A stretch of DNA of 32,000 nucleotides, taken from Synechococcus sp. A15-24 (lineage in GTDB: Bacteria; Cyanobacteriota; Cyanobacteriia; PCC-6307; Cyanobiaceae). Below the pieces are notes generated by a model. The model had not been told where the DNA came from and made no database searches. It was given only the letters and a program-made list of their open reading frames with translations. Location: assembly GCF_014280195.1 (NCBI RefSeq), contig NZ_CP047960.1, forward strand, positions 1,170,001 through 1,202,000, given 5' to 3'. Shown here piece by piece: positions 26,361-32,000 of this stretch (positions are counted from its first letter, which is position 1; each line of letters begins with the position of its first letter). Position numbers and translations under genes: made by a program.

Positions 26361-28022
26361 ATGAAGGCCTTCCAGGCCCTGTTCGATCGACTGGATCGGA
26401 TGAATGGAACCAACGCCAAGGTGATGGCGCTGGCGGAGCACTTCCGCAGCACGCCCGCTGCTGATGGAGCGTGGGCCCTGCAGCTGCTGCTCGGGAAACG
26501 GCGACGGCGGCTGATCACCGGACGACGGCTGAGGGACATTCTTCGGGATCGAGGTGGACTACAGGAATGGCTGATCGCCGACTGCCATGGCCAGGTGGGC
26601 GATTCGGCGGAAACCATCAGCCTGCTCTGGCCAGCCGTGAAGGATCGGATCCAAGGCCAAGCAACGGATCTGCCCTCCATCAAGCCAGAGCAGCCGCTGC
26701 ATTGGTGGATGGAAACCTTGCTGCCAGCGATCGGTGCACTGAAGGACGACGAGCAGGCCGATGCCGTGATCCATCTCTGGCACTCGGTACCGGATGAACT
26801 GCACTTCATCGTCAACAAGTTGCTCACCGGCGGCTTTCGCGTCGGCGTGTCCACTGGACTAATCAGCAGGGCGCTTGCCACGGCCTTTGAGCTGGAGGAC
26901 ACCTTGGTGGTGCAGCGGCTGATGGGGGGATTCACGCCCTCAGCGTCTGCATTCCTTGCCTTATCTCGACCTGAGGCTCCTGAAGAACATCAATCCAGCG
27001 GTGTGCCTTACCCCTTCTTTCTGGCCAGTCCACTGGAGCCGGAACGCCTCGTTGAGACACCAGCCAGCGGCTGGCGGGTTGAATGGAAATGGGATGGCAT
27101 CCGCGGCCAGCTGATCCATCGCGGCACGGGCGTTTATCTGTGGAGCCGGGGTGAAGAGCTGGTGAACGACAGCTTTCCGGAGCTCGTGGATGTGGCTGCG
27201 GCCTTGCCGCAGGGAACCGTGCTCGATGGGGAGGTGATCTGCTGGCGCGAAGGAGACGAAACACCATTGGGGTTTGATCAATTGCAACGACGCCTTGGGC
27301 GCAAAACAGTGGGCAGCACGCTGAAGCGTGAGTGTCCGATGCGGTTCGTCGCCTACGACCTGTTGGAGAGATCCGGCACCGACATCCGCCAGCGTCCCCT
27401 GCATGAACGCCTACACCAGCTCGACGATGTCCTGAACCATGTCGACCATTGCGAGGCCTGGCGGCTGCACCGCAGCCCCAGCTGGGTCCTGCAGAGCTGG
27501 GGTGAACTGGATCAACAGCGAAACAACGCCCGGGAGGTCAGAGCGGAGGGTCTGATGCTGAAGAACATCGACTCCCCCTATCTCAGCGGGCGCAAGCGTG
27601 GCCACTGGTGGAAGCACAAGCTGGAGCCGATGACCCTCGATGCCGTGCTGCTCTACGCCCAGGCCGGTAGCGGACGACGGGCGAATCTGTTCACGGACTA
27701 CACCTTCGGTCTCTGGAGTGATGCCGCGGAACCCCAGCTGGTGAGTTTTGCCAAGGCCTATTCAGGCCTGAATGATGAGGAGATCCTCGAGCTGGATCGT
27801 TGGATACGGCGCAACACCTTGCAGCGGTTCGGGCCGGCACGATCCGTGAAAGCGGAGCTGGTGTTTGAGATCGGATTTGAAGGGATTCATCCCTCCAAAC
27901 GCCACAAATCGGGCATCGCTGTTCGCTTCCCCAGAATTCTGCGCTGGCGTCGCGACAAACCTGCTGAAGAGGCTGATCGACTTGGCACCGCGCAGACATT
28001 GCTGGATATCACAGTAGTTTGA
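26361..28022 (+). CDS. ATP-dependent DNA ligase (ligase-associated DNA damage response type)
   Basis: Starting at ATG 26361, the sequence reads MKAFQALFDRLDRMNGTNAKVMALAEHF. The adenylation motif I is EWKWDGIRGQ (Lys codon 27087-27089). Also present are LDGEV, EGLMLK, WWKHK and a C-terminal OB-fold region. The 64 codons upstream in the track ORF do not look coding. Confidence 0.92.
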   Translation: MKAFQALFDRLDRMNGTNAKVMALAEHFRSTPAADGAWALQLLLGKRRRRLITGRRLRDILRDRGGLQEWLIADCHGQVGDSAETISLLWPAVKDRIQGQATDLPSIKPEQPLHWWMETLLPAIGALKDDEQADAVIHLWHSVPDELHFIVNKLLTGGFRVGVSTGLISRALATAFELEDTLVVQRLMGGFTPSASAFLALSRPEAPEEHQSSGVPYPFFLASPLEPERLVETPASGWRVEWKWDGIRGQLIHRGTGVYLWSRGEELVNDSFPELVDVAAALPQGTVLDGEVICWREGDETPLGFDQLQRRLGRKTVGSTLKRECPMRFVAYDLLERSGTDIRQRPLHERLHQLDDVLNHVDHCEAWRLHRSPSWVLQSWGELDQQRNNAREVRAEGLMLKNIDSPYLSGRKRGHWWKHKLEPMTLDAVLLYAQAGSGRRANLFTDYTFGLWSDAAEPQLVSFAKAYSGLNDEEILELDRWIRRNTLQRFGPARSVKAELVFEIGFEGIHPSKRHKSGIAVRFPRILRWRRDKPAEEADRLGTAQTLLDITVV

Positions 28023-28037
28023 TACGAGATCGGTGAA

Positions 28038-29891
28038 TCAGTTGTTGCTGTTCCAGAAGCAATCAATGGCGATTCGCCCTTCCTGCGGAATGACCGTCTT
28101 GCGGTTGATCAGGTATTCGACGATGGATTCACCATTGTCCTGGAATACAATAAATTTGTAGTTCAGCACAGAAGCGACAGACCGGTTAAACCCGACGGTA
28201 GCCGTCCATGTGTTCTGATTCACGTATTCCATGCGGTAGGCCTTCGCGTGATCCCAATGACCAAGCTCGTCACAATCACCAATGATGGCAATTGATTGAC
28301 CTGGTTGAGTCTCAAATCCGTTGATCTGGAACACAACCACCAGTGGAGCCTCCACAGGGTTGCCTTCAGCACTGATCACCATGGCCGAATTGCCGTGCAC
28401 GCGATACCCCTGAAGGCCGCCGTTGCTGATGTTCACGGGAAAGCCTGTGATCAAACAGGTGTAGGAACCATCTGGCATCTGGATATTCTCAGCATCAACA
28501 ACATGATCATGCTCACTTTTGTTGACCATCACCATCACCGCTGAATCACGGAAATTACGGGTGTAGAGATAGAAGTCGTCATTAATCCAAGCTGTATGGT
28601 GAGATCCGAGGGACAGAGCCTGGTTTCGATGACGCAAGTCAAGCAACGTCTGGACCAACTTAAAAGAGTGACTCGACGTATCCCATGACTCCATCATGGG
28701 GCGGTTGTAGGGATCTTGACCACCATTCGTAGCATTGTTCAGGTACTGCTCCGTTCCATAAAAGAGACAAGGAACACCCCTGAGAGTGGTGAGGAGAACA
28801 AGGGCAAGATCGAGCTTGCGGGAATCAGGGACGATCGACAGGAACCTTGGCATGTCGTGGTTGTCGATGAACGTCACCAATTCATTGGCACGTTGATAAA
28901 CGCTGTCATAGTTGAGCACCCGTTCAACCTGATGGAAGCCGCCAGGCTCCTGACCAGAAAAACAAAAACGAATGCCATCGCATAGACCGAAGTCAAGAAT
29001 AGACATGCCGATGTTGTTGGCATAATCAACAGATCGCTGCTCCCAAGGCTTGCTGAATCCGTACTCACCAAACATGAACAAGCCAGGCTTATGTGCCTTC
29101 ATCGCCGTCGTGAATTCCTGCCAGAACCAAATCGGCATGTGCTTGAGAGTATCTACGCGCAAAGCATCCACCCCAGCATCCAACCACATCTGAATAGCAG
29201 ACTTAATATAGTCACGGTAATAAATATTTTTTTCGTTAAATGTCGCCAAACCCATCATTTCAAGATGAATTAGCTGATATTCATCTTCCCAGTCGGTGAT
29301 TTCACCTTCATGGTAGTAGAAGCCTTTTTGATCATTATTGAAATCAGCAAGTGGCTGTCCATCATCAAGCACAACTCCCTTACTTCCGTTAATCTCAGGA
29401 GAGCTGTGATTGCATACAATATCCAAGACAATCTTAATATCCGCCGCATGGCATGCATCCACCAGTTTTTTTAGAGTAGGAGACTCTGAAATACTGGTTG
29501 ACTCACCAACTTTTACAAATCGAGGATTAAGTCGCTTGAAATCGCGGGTCCAATAACCATGCATCGGCGCACGGCTGAACTGCAGATCGCTGACTTGCTC
29601 GAACAACGGAGACAGCCAAAGCGCTGTTACCCCGAGATCTTTAAGGTAATCAATCTTGTTGATAATTCCCTGCAGATTTCCACCCCAGTACTTGCCCCAA
29701 TCTTGCCTTGTTTGATCGAAGAGACCTTTGGCATCTTCTTTTTCCGAACCTTCCTGATCACCAGCAACATCGTGACCATCATGAAAACGGTCTACAATCA
29801 GGAAATAAATTACCTCAGACCGGAAGTCAACCGGGGAATCAAATAAATGGTGCTTGAGATCAGCGACGACTGAGGCAGAAAGGTCGGACAC
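28038..29891 (-). CDS. GH13 alpha-amylase-family enzyme with a C-terminal starch-binding-type (CBM20-like) domain
   Basis: All four GH13 regions are present: VLDIVCNHSS, GVDALRVDTLKHM, FMFGEYGF and FIDNHDMPRF. The C-terminal GQSIAIIGDCDELGHWDHAKAYRMEYVNQNTWTATV...YKFIVF resembles CBM20. No signal peptide is present. The start is uncertain: GTG 29891 is preferred, because the track's GTG 30086 would overlap the divergent helicase start. The gene is markedly AT-richer than its surroundings. Confidence 0.9.
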   Translation of the reverse strand: MSDLSASVVADLKHHLFDSPVDFRSEVIYFLIVDRFHDGHDVAGDQEGSEKEDAKGLFDQTRQDWGKYWGGNLQGIINKIDYLKDLGVTALWLSPLFEQVSDLQFSRAPMHGYWTRDFKRLNPRFVKVGESTSISESPTLKKLVDACHAADIKIVLDIVCNHSSPEINGSKGVVLDDGQPLADFNNDQKGFYYHEGEITDWEDEYQLIHLEMMGLATFNEKNIYYRDYIKSAIQMWLDAGVDALRVDTLKHMPIWFWQEFTTAMKAHKPGLFMFGEYGFSKPWEQRSVDYANNIGMSILDFGLCDGIRFCFSGQEPGGFHQVERVLNYDSVYQRANELVTFIDNHDMPRFLSIVPDSRKLDLALVLLTTLRGVPCLFYGTEQYLNNATNGGQDPYNRPMMESWDTSSHSFKLVQTLLDLRHRNQALSLGSHHTAWINDDFYLYTRNFRDSAVMVMVNKSEHDHVVDAENIQMPDGSYTCLITGFPVNISNGGLQGYRVHGNSAMVISAEGNPVEAPLVVVFQINGFETQPGQSIAIIGDCDELGHWDHAKAYRMEYVNQNTWTATVGFNRSVASVLNYKFIVFQDNGESIVEYLINRKTVIPQEGRIAIDCFWNSNN

Positions 29892-30031
29892 AGGACTTGA
29901 GCCACTTCTGACATGGTGATCAGAAAACGAGGACCTGGCTGTGGTGAGGCGAACTTTGACCAAATCAATACAAGGCAGAAGCAACGCTTGCCTAATTGGT
30001 GATTCAACATTGCTTGAAGTCAACTGAGCTT

Positions 30032-32000
30032 GTGCACGCGCTCGACCCGATCCATGAGTGGTTTGACCACCAAGGCTGGACACCACTGCCCTTTCAACAG
30101 GTCACCTGGGAGGCCTACCTCGAGGGTCGCAGCGGCCTGATCCAGGTGCCCACAGGATCCGGCAAGACCTTCGCTGCGGTGATGGGACCAATCGCCCGGA
30201 TTCTGGCGGACGAGAGCACGACCAAAGGAATTCGGTTGCTGTATCTCACCCCGCTCAGGGCTCTGAGCCGTGATCTCGCCCTTGCTATCCGCGAACCGAT
30301 CGAGGCGATGCAATGGCCCCTGCGCGTGGGCATCCGCAATGGCGACAGCAGCAGCAGTGAACGAGCAAAACAACTGAAATCGCCGCCACAGATTCTGGTG
30401 ACCACACCGGAATCCCTGACGCTGCTGCTCAGCAACTCGAAGGCGGAGGAGCTGTTCAGTGGTCTGGACACGGTGGTGCTGGATGAATGGCACGAGTTGA
30501 TGGGCAGCAAGCGCGGAAGCCAGACGGAGCTTTGCCTCAGCTGGTTGCGGCAACAACGGCCCCAACTGCAGACCTGGGCCATCAGCGCCACCATCGGCAA
30601 CCTGGAACAGGCAGCACGTCATGCCCTTGGCACGGAGGGCGACCCACTCATCGTGGGGGGCGCCCCTGCCCGCAGCACCGACATCAACAGCATCCTTCCG
30701 GAGACGGTTGACGGCTTTCCCTGGGCCGGGCACCTGGGGCTACGGATGTACGAAGAGCTGGTGGCGCGGCTCAATCCAGGGGTCAGCACGCTGCTGTTCA
30801 CCAACACCCGCAACCAGTCGGAGCGATGGCACCAATGCCTTCGCTTCGCCTGCCCGGAGATGGAGGACGCCCTGGCCCTGCATCACAGCGCCATTGACCG
30901 CAGTGAACGGGAGGCGATTGAAGCGGCCGTGAAGGCCGGCGGCATCCGTTGGGTGGTGTGCACCAGCTCGTTGGATCTTGGCGTTGATTTCCAACCGGTG
31001 GAACAGGTGGTGCAGATCGGCAGCCCCAAGAACCTGGCGCGGCTGTTGCAGCGAGCTGGCCGTTCGGCCCACTTGCCGGGCGGCACCTCACAGGTGCTGT
31101 TCATGCCCACCAATGCCCTCGAACTGCTGGAACTGAGTGCCGTGCGGCGCGGCCTCGACGAAGGGCTGGTGGAACAGCGCAAGCCACCACATGCACCGTT
31201 GGATGTGCTGCTGCAACACCTCACCAGCCTCGCCTGCGGGCCTGGATTTGATCCCGATCACACACTGCAGTCGATTCGCCAGTGCGCCGCTTACTGCGAT
31301 CTGACGCAACAAGACTGGGACTGGTGCCTGCTGTTTCTGGAACAGGGCGGCGAATGCCTGACGGCCTATCCCCGCTACCGAAAACTGGAATGGGACCAGG
31401 AAACGGGCCGATATCGCATCCGCGAAAAGGCGATTGCCCGATTGCATCGGCTCAACATCGGCACGATCACGGCGGCTCCGGCGATCACGGTGCGTTTTGT
31501 GCGTGGAGCCGTTCTGGGTCACGTGGAGGAAACGTTCATCAGTCAGCTCAAGCCGAAGGATGTGTTCTTCTTTTCCGGCCGGCAGCTGGAGTTTGTACGG
31601 CTGAGAGACATGACCGCATACGTCAAGGTGAGCAACCGCAAGACCCGTACGGTGCCGGCCTGGGCCGGCGGTCAGATGGCGCTGTCTGACCTCCTGACGC
31701 ATCACCTCCGCCTGGAGGTGGACCGGGCCAGCCGCGGCGAGCTCGACACACTGGAACTGAAGGCACTTGAGCCCCTGTTCGAACGCCAGCAGGATCTCTC
31801 CGTGCTGCCAAGGATCGGTCAGCTGTTGATCGAAACCTGCTCCACACGGGAGGGCACACACCTCTACGCCTACCCCTTTGAGGGTCGGTTCGTGCATGAG
31901 GGAATCGGCTTCCTCTGGGCCTCCCGTCTCACCCGCCTGGAGCGGGGAACCATCACGGTTTCCGTCAACGACTACGGCTTTGAGCTGTTGGCCCCGAAGG
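30032..32000 (+). CDS. Ligase-associated DNA damage response DEXH-box helicase (Lhr-like); continues beyond the right window edge
   Basis: The frame is open from GTG 30032 to the window end, so it is absent from the ORF track. The translation VHALDPIHEWFDHQGWTPLPFQQVTWEAYLEGRSGLIQVPTGSGKTFAA carries Walker A. It also has DEWH (30482-30493), SATIGN, LLFTNTRNQSE, HHSAIDRSER and QRAGRSAH. Alternative starts are TTG 29996, GTG 29999 and TTG 30014. Confidence 0.92.
   Translation, partial: MHALDPIHEWFDHQGWTPLPFQQVTWEAYLEGRSGLIQVPTGSGKTFAAVMGPIARILADESTTKGIRLLYLTPLRALSRDLALAIREPIEAMQWPLRVGIRNGDSSSSERAKQLKSPPQILVTTPESLTLLLSNSKAEELFSGLDTVVLDEWHELMGSKRGSQTELCLSWLRQQRPQLQTWAISATIGNLEQAARHALGTEGDPLIVGGAPARSTDINSILPETVDGFPWAGHLGLRMYEELVARLNPGVSTLLFTNTRNQSERWHQCLRFACPEMEDALALHHSAIDRSEREAIEAAVKAGGIRWVVCTSSLDLGVDFQPVEQVVQIGSPKNLARLLQRAGRSAHLPGGTSQVLFMPTNALELLELSAVRRGLDEGLVEQRKPPHAPLDVLLQHLTSLACGPGFDPDHTLQSIRQCAAYCDLTQQDWDWCLLFLEQGGECLTAYPRYRKLEWDQETGRYRIREKAIARLHRLNIGTITAAPAITVRFVRGAVLGHVEETFISQLKPKDVFFFSGRQLEFVRLRDMTAYVKVSNRKTRTVPAWAGGQMALSDLLTHHLRLEVDRASRGELDTLELKALEPLFERQQDLSVLPRIGQLLIETCSTREGTHLYAYPFEGRFVHEGIGFLWASRLTRLERGTITVSVNDYGFELLAPK

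Noticed and set aside
30020-31897. Minus-strand ORFs of 237 aa, 161 aa and 269 aa in the last 2 kb
   Set aside because: They are antisense to the open helicase frame, which carries Walker A, DEWH and motif VI. Their composition is Arg/Ala/Gly-rich.
1-32000. Scan for tRNA, rRNA, CRISPR arrays, IS elements/transposases, integrases and long direct or inverted repeats flanking the AT-rich inserts
   Set aside because: No T-loop or cloverleaf candidates appear in any intergenic gap, no spaced direct repeats are present, and no transposase or integrase-like translation exists in any listed ORF. I saw no duplicated junction sequence at 24944/26360 or 28023/30031. This was by eye only, so short target-site duplications could be missed.

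Overview
High-GC chromosome segment that looks like a marine Synechococcus-type picocyanobacterium, judged from gene content (petN, thf1/psb29, psb32-like, ycf19/yggT, several Clp/FtsH genes) and frequent GTG/TTG starts. Most of the window is ordinary, tightly packed core genome. In order: dxs (partial), ilvA, scpB, yggT, a secreted hypothetical, a MazG-like gene, pyk, a MacB/FtsX-type ABC permease, ftsH, two small genes, clpP, thf1, a possibly split hypothetical, petN, clpS, small hypotheticals, purK, a sugar ABC permease, aroB, a MidA-like methyltransferase, a TPM/Psb32-like protein, a GH104 lysozyme-like protein, a coupled metallophosphoesterase/glycosyltransferase-like pair, and nadA. The right third (about 23.9 kb to the end) holds a ligase-associated DNA-damage-response cassette: an MBL-fold exonuclease, an ATP-dependent DNA ligase and a DEXH helicase that runs off the window. 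This cassette is broken up by two visibly more AT-rich blocks. One carries a stand-alone GAF sensor with an unusual Cys/His-rich tail, the other a GH13 alpha-amylase with a starch-binding-type tail. Several features are absent from the supplied ORF track: petN (33 aa); a DUF2256 zinc-ribbon ORF (48 aa) joined to clpP by an ATGA overlap; a probable 6S RNA downstream of purK; several candidate micro-ORFs; and the two edge-truncated genes (dxs, helicase). I found no rRNA, tRNA, CRISPR array, transposase or integrase. All homology calls come from reading the translations and recognising motifs; no database search was run.
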